From NCBI RefSeq assembly GCF_964204645.1, contig NC_134031.1, positions 19,475,910 to 19,539,909 on the forward strand: 64,000 nucleotides of DNA, given 5' to 3'. Every line of letters begins with the position of its first letter. Position 1 is the stretch's first letter. The notes below the pieces were generated by a model. The model was not told where the DNA came from. It ran no database searches and was given only the letters and a program-made list of their open reading frames with translations. The DNA is from Tubulanus polymorphus. Taxonomy: Eukaryota > Animalia > Nemertea. Position numbers and translations under genes: made by a program. Below are positions 25,446 to 52,753 of the stretch, one piece after another.

Positions 25446-28400
25446 ATGGGTGTTTTAAACTTTAATTTAGGAGTTTTAGGGCACGTTGACAGCGGAAAGA
25501 CGAGTTTAGTGAAGTCACTGAGTACGATAGCGAGTACGGCGTGTTTTGATAAAAATCCGCAGAGTAAAGAGCGAGGAATTACACTCGATTTGGGATTCTC
25601 TTCATTCCTCGTCGACATACCGGCACATCTCGAGCAGGCTGCGGCAAGTGACGGTTACGATAAACTACAATTTACACTAGTTGATTGCCCTGGTCATGCG
25701 TCCTTGATAAAAACCATTATTGGAGGTTAGTTGTCACTATCCACGTATCGGTGGCAGAAAATGGTGTTTGGAAATTGAAAATTCCAGTTTAGTACCCTTT
25801 TTAGTCTATAAGAAGTATTATTTAAAAGGTCTATTTAAAATCTTATTTAAGTCCTTGCGTAAAAGAGTTTTAACACCAATACCTTAGGTACAACTAAGTA
25901 TTATGTCTATAGAGTTCCCAGCATTCTGGGGTCAAAAGAATTTTGCGTCAAGCCCCTGTGCTTTACCTGGCTAAAAAAATCTATGTTCACATTTAAGTCA
26001 GAAATAGGCTCTGATTAAAGTTTTCAGGCTAGGGGTCGGTGCAACATGCAAGGTCGGCAACCAAACTAATATCAAGTGGTTGAAATCTGCTTTTTAGGTG
26101 CTCAAATAATTGATATGATGATCCTAGTCGTCGATATTGTAAAAGGAGTCCAAACGCAAACTGCTGAATGCCTCGTGATCGGAGAGATATGTTGTGAAAA
26201 AATGATCGTCGTAATAAACAAAATTGATTTAATTCCCGAACAAAAACGCCAAGCGACTATCGATAAGGTACCGACAATTGTGGCAATATCGTGAGATCTT
26301 ATAATCAAGTAATCTATTATTGGAATTTCGCTAAAACAGAAAAGAAATTTCTAAAAAAACTTGTCAAATATTTGTTGCTATTATCGTAGATGACCAAACG
26401 GTTGCGAAAGACGCTTGAAAGTACGAAATTTGCGGATGCGCCGATCATACCAGTGTCGGCTAAACCCGGAGGACCGGAGGTTCGTTCCTTATTAATCCTT
26501 AAACCATTTAGGGTATCTACGGGGAAGAACCATTTTCAATGATAGATATGGCGTGATAAAAAGGATGGTATTTTCATTGAATTTGAGTTAAATTGAGCAA
26601 ATTTGTTCGCTGAAAAATGTTGGCTTTATGAAATCTGAGGCAAAAATAAACTTTGCTTGTACTTCCAAAATCAGCATAATTTCTAGTTCAATTTCAATGA
26701 AGCCACTATTTTAATGTCGAGATTTCGGTGAATCATGTTAGTCCGGTCTGTTGTATAGGCCTATACGATTTTGTTAGATATTGATTCGTGGCGCCTGTAA
26801 TGAATGTCGTCTATAAACAGGCTGCAGCTGGCGATGATGAAGAATCTATCGGGATTGAAAAACTCATCGAAACGATGAAACGTTTTACGTTCAATCCGAA
26901 CCGTAGTTCAGGCGGTCGATTCGTGTTCGCTGTCGACCACTGTTTCTCGATTAAAGGCGTCGGTACAGTGATGACTGGTACAGCTCATTCCGGTAGTATC
27001 GCAGTCGGTGATGTAAGTCTACTCTTCATTTTGAACACGGTGGCCACTTACGTACCTGGAAATCAGGGGAATGTTAGGGAATTTTCATTTTCTTTAAAAA
27101 AGTCTGGGAATTTTGTAAAAAAAGAAAAAAAAAATGGAAATATGTTGAGATAGCTAGATCACGCGTAAAAATCAAATAGTTCCATCTATGTCTTCATACT
27201 ACTGACTGTGTTAATTGATTGAATTCTTAACAGATCAATTCAGGTTAAACAACTTGCATGTCAGGGAATAGTCAGGGGAAAAGCGAGTCGCATAAAAGTG
27301 GCCGCGCTGTTGAATTGATTGAGACGAACCGTTGTCACGTTTCAGATCAAGAATATTTTCGCCGTTTTCAGAAACATGTTCCATCGCTTTCATCATTTCA
27401 GAATATTGAAATTCCGTCCATGAAAGTCGTCAAAAAAGCGAAATCTATTCAAATGTTTAAACAGCCGATAGCGAGCATAAAACAGGTCGGTTATTTCAGA
27501 TTCATCTCAATTTACGCATCGATATCGGATATCGGATATAAGTATCACTTTTTGATGATTATATTTAAACAGGGAGATCGCGCTGGTATTTGCGTGACGC
27601 AATTCGACCCGAGACTGTTAGAACGCGGTCTGGTTTGTTCGCCGGGATCATTGCCGACGATCCACGCGGCGATCGTCTCCGTCCGGAAAATACCCTATTT
27701 CAAAGGAAGCATCAACACCAAGTCGAAATTTCACATCACGCTCGGACACGAAACCGCCATGGGAAGACTGTATTTCTTCGGAAGCGCCGACGAAGAACTG
27801 TCCCATGAAACGAAATTCAACTTCGACGTCGAGTACAAGTACCAAGACGGTTTGATCGACGTGGCTTCGAAATCATCGGAAGATAATGAGCTGGACCAGT
27901 TCAAACCTAAAATACAATATGTGCTGATTGAGTTAGAGAGAGCGGTTACATGCGCTTACGACTGTTTAGTGATCGGCTCGAGATTGGACACCGATATACA
28001 TTTAAACACGTGTCGTCTGGCGTTCCACGGTCGTCTGCTCGTTGCGATCACCGACGCCGACTACCGGCGCTCGGTGCTGCCGACGTTGAGGATTTACAAG
28101 AATAAAAGTCGCGAAGGCGTCGTCGAGAGAATACACGACGAATACACGGTGATCGGGCGATCGTTGTTCAAGAAAGAGAGCAACTTGAACGCGTTTATCG
28201 GACTGAAAGTGTCGTTATCCACCGGAGAACGCGGCGTCATCGAGGCCGGATTCGGGCAAAGCGGAAAATTCAAAGTGCGAATACCAGGTTCGAATCTATA
28301 TTGACAGCGGTTAGATAATCGATCTTTTTAAATCGTGGGTTCATAAATTAGTACAGATATCGCCGGGCTTATCCGACATGAATTGTGATAATGTACGAAT

Positions 28401-28668
28401 TATTGCGTACAGTCACAATAGACAAATAGCCCTTACACTGGCGCGTGCAGATCATATAATTGAAACCCACTATATAGATTTTTGAATGATTAAAAACGAA
28501 ATTTATTGGTCAGAAGTTAAATTATTAAACGACGTTTGGTAATATCTTTAGAGAACATCGTCAGGTGTGAGGGTAAAAATAAAACTTGGGCTATATATTT
28601 CAGATGGTGTAAACGCTGATACGCAGAAACGATTTACGGCGAAGAAAAAAGGCAAGAAATCGTCCGAC

Positions 28669-28762
<94 letters not shown>

Positions 28763-28865
28763 TGGCGCGGATGCTGATGTTCCACCTGGCAGCGAACCTG
28801 TTAAGATATTATTGAACTTTAAGCGTTATGTTTACGATCCCCAGAAGACCATGATACAAATTTGA
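25446..28865 (+). CDS. EEFSEC: Selenocysteine-specific elongation factor eEFSec (apparent 1-nt deletion in last exon)
   Basis: Exons ~25446-25725, 26098-26267, 26390-26479, 26821-27012, 27401-27485, 27573-28287, 28604-28865. GHVDSGKT, ERGITLDLGFS, DCPGHASLI, NKID, FAVDHCFSIKG, GSRLDTDIH…CRLAFHG, FGQSGKFK. The C-terminal LNFKRYVYDPQKTMIQI* is in a shifted frame after the GCT tract. Confidence 0.95.
27036..27309. mobile_element. hAT-like MITE with 5-bp TSD (EEFSEC intron 4)
   Basis: TTGAA|CACGGTGGCCACT … AGTGGCCGCGCTG|TTGAA. Confidence 0.65.
28672..28760 (+). repeat. (GCT)n coding microsatellite (poly-Ala) with one missing G
   Basis: (GCT)12-CT-(GCT)17 in the last EEFSEC exon. Confidence 0.95.
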
Positions 28866-29453
28866 CGAATTGATTGAAAATTTGATAGCTGTTTATAGTA
28901 TATATACATGTGTAATACCACGTGCCCCGAAACGTCATAAAATTGTGCTGAAATTCGTATGTTTGATTGTTATAAAGAAGTAAAATAAAATAAATTCTAG
29001 TCATTAGAATTTTCTTATTTGTGTATGGAATCACGGAGCACCGATTCCAGAGTAAAGATCCACAGTTTATATTAAAAACGTATATTGATTGACGAAGTTC
29101 TCTGTTTGGCGAAGTTTATCTAAAACAACATCATCAGAAAAATCAAAATGACTAGTTACCGGTAAATACGATATTTTTGGATTCTCTGATAATGCAGTTT
29201 AAATAAACTCTGAACACTTTAATATCAACTGTGAGTTTATACTTGTTAACTGTTGAATACTGAGGTTTATATTAGTTTACCAGTCACTCGAATTCATTAT
29301 AAAATAGTTGACTGAGGGAGAACTTTTTATAAGGACACGACTGCATCCGCACCAGTCACTAGTTGGTGATATGATGATGAGCTCCGTTGAAACGGTGACA
29401 AAAGATTTTATTGAATACTGAGTAAACATGAGGTACAATTGATTATCTATTTA

Positions 29454-30978
29454 TTATAATCTCCTATTGATTAACGTTGACTTTCGCCTGGTTATTTTCG
29501 GTGCGCTAGTGCCGACGATTTCAGTAATTAGAGGTAGATCTTCCGTCTGGTAGCGACGCGTAGTGTTTCTCAGTGAAGTGCCGTGTCGAGGACGGCTGTG
29601 TGTCGGTGACAAATAGTCGCTAGGTGGCGCGGGAGGTGACGATCTTTCACGAGGGTATAAATAAGGGATTCCGACGAGCTCGGCTGTGTCCGGTAGATTC
29701 CCACCTCGGTCAGCAGCAGCAGCTGCTGGGGATGGTCTGTTTCGCTCTTTTTCCAACAGCATGAATTCGGTTCTGAAAGCTGAAAGCTCATCGCGTAATG
29801 TAAGAAATATTTCCGAAATGTTTTCCCTAAAGCTGGCGGATTTCTCGTTGACGTCGCAGCCTGAATCTCCTCTTTCGAGCGCGGGAGGACTGAGTTTTTG
29901 CGTCGATATTTTCGGAAGCACAATTCGTTGATCCACTGAAAATATTACGAAGATTGTCAACGTAGAATATAAACGCACCGGACGAACGAACCGTAAGAAC
30001 TAACTGAAGAAAACGATATCAAACCATCCTTTAATTTCGAATGTTATTTTGTTAACTATTTTCAATGGTCTATAGCTATGGCACTTGTCATCGTATCTCA
30101 CTAACTATACCTTGCTGACGTCCCTTTTCCCTGTGGTAAAACGCTACCTCGGTCATTGACATCGCTTTTTTCTTTCCTTTTCGCGAGTTAACCTGTAAAA
30201 GCAATCGGTATGAATACAGTCTGGAGAATAACGAAACATATTTAGACTGTTTTCAGTTTGTAGATTTAAACCCATGTGCGTCCTCTGGTTCCGTTTATCA
30301 TCGCGTCACTGTGTAGGAGAAAGTTGCCAGAAAAAGTTATTAAACAAATAAGTAATCAGTGGATAGGAGTGATTGGAATCGGGAGTAGCCTACTCACTCG
30401 CCGTTTTGGGTCAGGGGAGACACGTCTAGGGGGCGTGACTGAGCCATTCTTAGACGCCGGCGGTTTCTGTTTAAAGGTGACGTTGTTGTCGAGTTTGCGA
30501 TATATCCAAGCGGACTTGATGGCGGTCGATGAGAGACCGAATACGCTGCTGCGATCAATAGCGACCAGTCTGTTTATTTGTGGCAACAGATTTGTGGCAT
30601 CAGTGACACGTGGTTTCTTCGCTAGTTGATCTGAAAAACCGATGGATCCCTGTCTATTATCTTTTCAGAATACATATAGTAAATTAGTTCGGAGGGTTTC
30701 CACATCACGAAGGTGGATTGAAAATCCTGAAATTTCCCAAACCTCGATCACGAACATGAATTTTTATTTCGCTATCGTAGACGGAAGAAGGGTGTTCATG
30801 ATTCAGCGCATGACCTTCGAATATTTTGATTGGTTACAAGATGCTGGATGTTTTCGATTAGGCCTTATACCTTACCGTCAAATTTATGATTTTTCACGCA
30901 AATGCCATCTCCTATTATAGGCGGACAGACGGATGCCGGGAGTGGGCTAAACCCATCCATTCTTGTACATTTTATCAT
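29454..30978 (-). CDS. Uncharacterised basic, Pro/Ser-rich protein, 299 aa
   Basis: Exons 30978-30876, 30630-30398, 30192-30111, 29935-29454 total 900 nt, with canonical splice sites and consistent phases. Short coiled-coil-like ISEIFLTLRDELSAFRTEFMLLEKE; no family recognised. Confidence 0.75.
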
Positions 30979-33900
30979 GGGTGGTTACCGGCGCCTAGCA
31001 ATGCGGTGACAAATCCATAGTTACCGATATTGACATGCACGCAATTTAAAGGCGCTATCGTGTTGTGACGATAACAACATAACGAGAATCCCACAATAAT
31101 GACGAAAAAAAACAAATTCCGGAAATGTTTCATTGAGCTGTTAGTTTATTCAACGTTTCGACTATGTTCTCTTTATTCTATTGACATACACGATTCTACA
31201 TTGGTAAGTTCGCGCAGAAGGTGACGGATGGAAACATTTTCTACGTCAAATTTATCAAGAAGACGAAGCCATTTTGAAACGCGCAGCTTGATATTTTTCG
31301 CCCGCGGTCACATTTTACACCAATATTGCACAAACTCCCGCCGGTAATTGGCTGTTGATATAACAATTACTGGTTAATTCAAGCATTCTTCAACGTGACT
31401 GCGTCTTAACGATGGCTCATTGAACGCTAGATAATCGTCCGTTTTAACGCGCGAGGACTGACCGCGGTGCGGCCCCATCTGTCGCCACACACAACAGTCG
31501 CCGGTCATATTTCAGACAGCATTGGAAATCCATTTGAAGGCACAAAGCACCTGCGACATTGATCATTAGTTGTTGATATAAACGAATTTAATTCTAACCG
31601 ATACTGTAAATATCCAGTAAATATATAGTTAAGATTTAACTCTGAGTTAACTCATTGAAAATAAACTAACTTTAACTCAGAATTAACTCTAACTCACAAC
31701 TGTGGAACTGGGCCCTGGCTTCAATTTCCACCAGGTTGCGCACATTTGTGAAAATTTAACAGATAACGTAAATAGAATTACTGATGATAGATGTCGATTT
31801 TTGAAAGGAAATTCGATAAGGCGTCAGTTTTTCGATATTTCTATGTGGTAATATTCGGTTCTACTTGATAGGGTACAACTAAATCATGTATGTGACAATG
31901 TGAAACGAGTCACCAAAAAGACCGAACTCAAATTTAATCGAAATATTCGGTATGGCGATGCGAGGCTTTCTGCGGACTGATTGGCTTGTAAATCTGTGGT
32001 AAGCTAGTGCGCCGTGGAAAAGGTAATAAGTCTGTCAGGCGTTGATTGTTTAAGTTTTTCATTGTTTGTAGATAATAGAATGCGCGAATATTCCATCAGA
32101 TTGGTGATAATAGTTTCCTCGGGATGTGAATTAACGTAAAACATGCGCTTCAAGCGATTCTGCCGTCGCCGACGATTTATTTCGCGCCCGATTTACCGTC
32201 GTAATACCGCTCGACGTTTCGTCTATTAGCGTTCACGTTTTATATTAACGAACTTGGCGGCTAACGAGCCAGAGCGAGGCTCGATCGACGGGTGCGATAA
32301 TGCGTCATTTTAGCGATCAGTCGTTCGTAAATGGACCAGATTGTCAAGTGCCCGGTAAATAGAAAATACAAGGAAACAAACTATTTCACGCCTTAAAGAT
32401 AACTGCTTAACATCGTCGACAAAATCAATGATATATTATAGATCATATAACATAAAGAAAGTTATTCAGAGTTTGAATAACGCCAATTTAATTGAATTGA
32501 TCGGCAACCAGTCTAGCCCCTATATCGATGACGTAGTGCACGTCCATGCACCACGATGTTATAATAGATTGCCATTAGATTGCATTATCAAAAAGAAATA
32601 GAATTCAATCTAAATAGAAATCAAGTCAGAAAATCTATTTAAAATGTTTAAAAATGTAAATCGTTATTTTGAAACGCCAAAATTGATGACGTAATACACG
32701 CACGTCGAATCACGCGCAATATCTCTTGAATGAATCGTAGTTGTCATCAATGTGTAAAAACATTTAATTTTTACGGCGATTAAAAACAAAGAAGATTGGA
32801 CGAGGGAAGCCCGCGACCCGACAGATTTAGATAGAAAATATCCCGAATTGGAAATTAATCGGTGGCCGGACTATCAGAAAGGCAGGCGTCCGAACGGAAA
32901 TAGGAATACCGCTGAGCGCGTTGATAGAACATTTTGAAGTCATTGTGTCCGCGCAGAGTGGTTTCTCATTAGATCGATGGACGCGCAGTTATTCAGCTTA
33001 ATCAGATTGATTCCCGATAACTTCACCAAACCTCTAATTACCGAATACACCAACTATACCCACCGGCTATTAACAACACACCGCTGGATACCACATCATT
33101 TTACTTAATTCGTGTTTTAGCTTCAGATATCTGAAGAAAACGTATCTATTGTTCCACGGGAATAAAATCGCGCGTCTGGAACGTCCGATCTTGGGGTAAT
33201 CTTTCAATGATTACTCCACGGTCCGATAAACAGTTTGGTAAATTTCCGGAATAAAACGTTTTTACACCAAAATAAATCGGCAACAAAATGATCGTTGAGT
33301 TTCTACAAAGTCCTAACTGTGTGGTTTGTCATGCTTCGGGGAATTACGAGAATCAGATCCTGCACCAGGTCCTTGTTCTTACGTAGCTTTCATAAGTCGA
33401 GTGTTCCGTAAAACCCATTTCATCGCCTGCAATTGAGGTGTCATCGCTCTTCCTGTTAAACTAGTCAGAAAGATGCGACGGATAAATGCGGTCTAATACT
33501 GAGGTATTTTTGGTAATGCGAGAAAAACTGGTGATATATTTCTGGTCATTTACTTCACGTTACGTTTTGCCGATTGGCAGCGTTAGGCTTGATTGACGCA
33601 CAAAAGCGCGCAACCGAGTGGGAATTATGCTTATACTTTATTTTCGGGAGGTAGGTTACCCATCTGGGGCTCACGAAAATAAAGTCAAGCCGCCGAATCA
33701 TAAAACTTTCTCCACAAATAACGGTTGCTGAAATGCGAGTTGGCGACGGCGCTGACCTCGCACAAAATAGAATCGAATTTCGGAAATAGATCGCTAACGA
33801 AAGTATCCGTCTGCTCATGACAAATTCTATATAGATTATAGATTTGTGGCGACTTATCGCAACCGATTCTCAATCTGTATCAGTTTATCACTGAAACTAG

Positions 33901-34671
33901 CTGATAAATCGCTAATAGGCTTCATTCATGTCAGAATATCAACTACTTATCGAGACAAGCTTCAATTTTATCCGCGTCTTACGACGGCGCAAGTACCTCT
34001 CGCACACATCGCTTATTCGCCTAAGTTGAGCCACTCACTGCTGCTCATTACCCCTAATTTATTTATTTTTCTAATTTGCAGCCAATTTGTAGGTGATTTA
34101 CGCCGGCAGCGTTTGTCATCGCGCCAACACGCGTCGCTTCAATAACCAATAACGATGTCCTTTATCCGCGGGAAGTGGCCAATAATGTCGCGTCGATTTC
34201 TGTTTCCAGTTTTCATTTCCTTTTTCATTCAACGAATAAACTTCGTTGGTGTCGATGGTTTGAAAAGCGGCCGGAAATTCAAGTAGCGAAAATCGCCTTA
34301 ATAACGGTTTTCTTCTGGTGGTTTAAAGGCGCGAAGCGACGCACGCTAACCGTCGAAAACGGCCATCCGGCTGCCGACGAACTTCAGAGGAATGTCGAGC
34401 CACAAAAAGAGCAGCAAGCCATAAAAACAACATCTAATTAATCGTTATTTCGCCCCAAAACAGCGGGTTATTTCTTTCGTCCATAGCGATCGGTCGGGAC
34501 TCGGGAATTAGAAAAGGAAAATTTAGTCATAATTCGGTCACACCGGCAAAAGCACTGGGACGACGGATATTAGAAATTCGCCGGCGTTAATAGACGCGAG
34601 GAGGAGGAGGAACTTGCGACGTGGTGGTGCAGGGTTATAGAACATTTTAGTCAAAGTTAATTTGGCAAAAG

Positions 34672-36810
<2,139 letters not shown>

Positions 36811-37367
36811 ACGACTAATCTTCCTCCGATATCTTACGGATTCAGATGTGAAAAAAACGATGTATGTGAAAACAACTTTAGTGCGTATTTCATAAAGCAA
36901 TAATCTAAAATTATGATCGAGTGATTACTTTTAAAAAAATCAAATGTTATATATTCTACCAAGATATGATATGCGTAATTGGCAAATCTAGTCACAAAAA
37001 TGTAAATAAATTTGCTTTCGTGGAAATAATAAGTATTCATATTGTATTCCTAAAATATGGACTGTTCAAGTTTTACTATTATATTCTGATTGCGAGGTTT
37101 TTTCTTCAACGAAGGTTTATAGTGACGCCATATACGAAATACAAGATTTCTATAAATAACCTGAATTTGTCCCTTGAATGCGCAGAGTTAAGAATGTTAA
37201 ATAGTTGTCGCGTATTTGTGAGATTGTGTATGTTGTTGTTGTATGCGCCAGGGGTTAACACACGTCCGATGACTCAAGAACCGGCTGTATAGAATGCATG
37301 GGAACTTACTCATTCCGATTCACAAAATGATGTTCAAGAGGTGATCATAGAACAACTGTTATCAGCT

Positions 37368-38190
37368 ATGGATCCAAAATTCGAAGCGTTAATGTTGTTA
37401 TTATCCTGGATTTCACTTACGAAAGGTGAGGTACATAACACCTTAAGGAAAAGGTGATTAGTGAATTTGTCCATAACCGATCAAACGAATAGGACAGGGA
37501 GGTTCTCTTGCCCGAATACGAGACAATGTTCGAGTTCCAAAAACGGCTAGACTCTCACATTCCTGCCTCCCGTATATTCGGTTGCCATTATTCTAGTGTT
37601 GCATCTGGTAATTCAGTCGCACACTCAAACGATAGAACAGAATATTCTGACATTTTGCTACACTCTAACTCTAGAAGTTTCGCTTTTCTCGAATGAATCG
37701 GATTTTATGTTGTATACATCACTTCAGGTGAGGGCACGTCAGTAGAAATACGTCACTGCTATGCGTGTACCTATACGCACGATATCCTGACGTCAGAGAG
37801 TCTTCGGTGTAGCGATACCAACGTCACTAAACAGCTAAAACCTTTACAATGTCCGGCTGGTAAAGACGTCTGCGTGGTAGGTCAAGGTCAACCGTAAACA
37901 AAAATGGATTTTCATTCATCTGACTTTGAAAATACCATGTACCCCGACACTCATTTCAGATTCAAACGAGGACACTATTGAATGGAAGCGTCATCGAAAA
38001 ATACAGGGATTGCATGTTCAGAAAAAACTGCGCAAACTCCGTGCGTCTTTCCATCGACGAGAGGTCAACGCGTACGATGAGCTGTTGCACTATCGATGGT
38101 TGCAACAGCGGTCATCTTTTCAATCTCAGTAAATTAGCCGCGATGTCAGAAATATTAGGGTTTATCATATTTTCACTACGCGGCACATGA
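37368..38190 (+). CDS. Ly6/uPAR (three-finger) domain protein, 145 aa, probably GPI-anchored
   Basis: Exons 37368-37425, 37728-37876, 37960-38190. Signal peptide, 10 Cys from CYAC to the diagnostic CCTIDGCN, hydrophobic C-terminal tail. Confidence 0.85.
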
Positions 38191-38408
38191 CAAATACAAC
38201 ATTAATCGATTTAGATTATACTGAAATAGAGTTTATTAATATCCAATTCAGCGTTTAGATTTGAGACACAACAAGCAAATAATAAACCGTACGAACAAAT
38301 CAAAACTATCATCAATCATAGATGAAATGATAAGATTCCGTGATATAGATTTATTTACCTGAATGGAATCTGATATCATCTGGTTTAGAATTCATTGGTA
38401 CGGTTGAT

Positions 38409-40999
<2,591 letters not shown>

Positions 41000-41452
41000 A
41001 TGAATATGACAATGCTAATAAAAGTTTAATTTATCATTTAAAATCAAAACTAGTTCGAGAGATGAGTCTTGCAAAAAGTTATACTTTCAGTAATTTTTCC
41101 AATTGTACAATACGATGTAGATGGAGATGGCGCCGACATCTTGCAAGTGTAACCAATCATTCTTAATCGTTGCACTATTGCAATAATTGTTATTGGATTC
41201 TTGTTTTGATTCTATTCAAACACATTTTGTTTTACACGTATTAAGCGTTCATGTAACCGTTAATTGATTGTTCTATCATGGAGATAATCATAATTCGTTG
41301 ATGAAAGGAATTCTGTCGATATCAGAATTATACCTCCGTGAATCGGATCGAGCAACAGCTTTCTATTTGCTCATTAGTTGTTGTTATTCGACATAAAACA
41401 GCGTTTGGCCCTTCGAAAATTATTCTGGAGGAAGTCATCGTCTGATCAAGAT

Positions 41453-50650
<9,198 letters not shown>

Positions 50651-51330
50651 ACTGAACTACAATTAAAGTCTCAATTTCATACATAATCAAGCCCAATGCG
50701 GCACCTAATGGCATACATTGTATTGTACTGAGGAAATCATGAATTGTTCATTTGGATTTAAGTACGTCAATAAAGTTTTATGTATGTTATGGATCTTAAT
50801 AAAAACACGCAATTTGTCTTACATTCGTTTTTTGATGGCATAACCAGATAGTAGACGTTCTTAACCAGGTAGACATTCTTGTTTTAAACAACTGAGAAAG
50901 CCGTTTTTCTGTTCCGTATTTGGATTTCATGTTGTGAGTGCTAGACATAAGAAGCTGGATTTTCACGACGGAAATGCGGAAATTCTAGGGTGGATTGATT
51001 TCTCATGTGGATCGCAACAATGTACAAGAATATCGTAGAACTTTAAGGGTTGTCGACGGTATTATTTTGCCATCCACAATCCACTTGAACCCTTACAAAC
51101 TTAGTTAGATCGAATGATATTGAGGCATGAACCTTACAAAATACAAAAATAACATTTCCACGAGAATACAATCAGACGACACTAATTCATACAGAGTCAT
51201 CACAAACAACAAAGATAACCAAGTCTTATAAAATGACTTGGTTATTCTAACAGATTGGGACAAAACTCGGTAGATAATTCCACCCTGACATTGTGTTGTA
51301 TTACATTGTGATAAGAAACGACACGGAAAC

Positions 51331-51658
51331 CATCCTCCCCTGGTAGGTATTCGAACCTGATGGCATCGCTACACTCAACCGCGGCACGAACCCCTGCCAC
51401 AGTAGACTGGGTGCACAGGTACATGCGCAGCTTTGCCGCGCCAAAACTTGCGGCACCAATCAGATTGCTCATTGTATAATCGCCGAGGTAAAGAACTATT
51501 AATGGGGAAACCCGGACTAAAATGAAATGGGATATCTGATTGGCTAAATGACATCATCTCAGCTGCGCGTGTAGCTGCGCGCTCGGTCTAGTATAGCAGG
51601 GTTTCCTACCGTGGCAATCTCGATGCCATCAGGTTCGAATCGCTGTCTGGGGAGGAAG
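51331..51658. mobile_element. Mutator-like MITE (9-bp TSD) with tRNA-box-containing TIRs
   Basis: CACGGAAAC|CATCCTCCCC … GGGGAGGAAG|CACGGATAC; the TIRs contain GGTTCGAAT. Same family as 56720-56970; fragments at ~2942-3015 and ~16419-16443. Confidence 0.7.
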
Positions 51659-52753
51659 CACGGATACCGATACACCATGAAAGTAGGCGATGAATAACAC
51701 ATCTAATCGTTAGAATCCGATGCTGTCAATGAATCAGCCGTGTGGCAAACGCGGAAGTAAATTTCCGCATTTTGAACCCACATTTTTGCCAGATTTCTTG
51801 ATGCATCTATAGTGGCTGTTTCGCGCCATACTGAAAAATCTTTCGGAAATATTTCTGAAGTTTTGAATTCTTGCGCGAGAAAACGGGCCAATATCATATG
51901 AACATTTTTTCATTGTTCCACTAGCTGCACAGAAACATTTTTAGTGTGGCCCGAATCAGGTACCACACGCATCAGCGCCCTGTGTATGGAACATTTTAGA
52001 TCGCTCACAACGACAAACGTTTGAAAAATTTTTTTTCTGTGCATGAGTTCTATTCTGTCATTTCGTACTTTTGATTCTCAGACGGTTTGTTAATTGTATA
52101 GTTCTCTTTCCCCGACAGTCTGACTCTGGATAAGCATCTATTAATGCACACATCGTCGTGGTTCGTCAGTATCCCTCCAGATGGAACTAATGGTTTGAAG
52201 TGATTCATATACTGCGTCTACAGAATGCATCGATCTTGTGTTCAGTGCAGCATTTTGTGCAGACTACACAGCTGGAGTAGGCAGGTATTTCTACATAGGA
52301 AATCATCATTCATCCAACAGTAAGTCTTTATTTTTGTACACATTCATTCGCGCTGTTTTTCATAATTATCCGTTAATGTGTCAGAGCTCCTAAGAAGTCT
52401 CGTCATGATAAAGCGTATCCTGAGCATATGATATGCATGTGTATTATGCACATGAATAATCAAAGTCCGTGCCGAGCTTTTTTTAAGAGGGACAGTTTTA
52501 TTTCAAGACAAGTTGCACTACCATGCACTTTCCATTGAAAAAGGACAGATCGTATGATTTTTTCAATAAACTTAAACTTAAACAAAAATCTTGACCCGAA
52601 TTTTTGAAACTGACTTTTTGAAGGGCACTTTCAGTTTAGGGGGTTCGTTCGATACCCCCGAGCTCCCCCTCGGGCGGTCCTGTAATCATAATATTCGTAA
52701 ACAATATGTACTTCTTGAATTCAAGGACTTTTCTATCAAACGAAAATAACAAA

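Noticed and set aside
28600-28785. Poly-Gln/Ser ORF on minus strand and poly-Leu reading on plus
   Set aside because: Antisense or shifted readings of the EEFSEC GCT tract.
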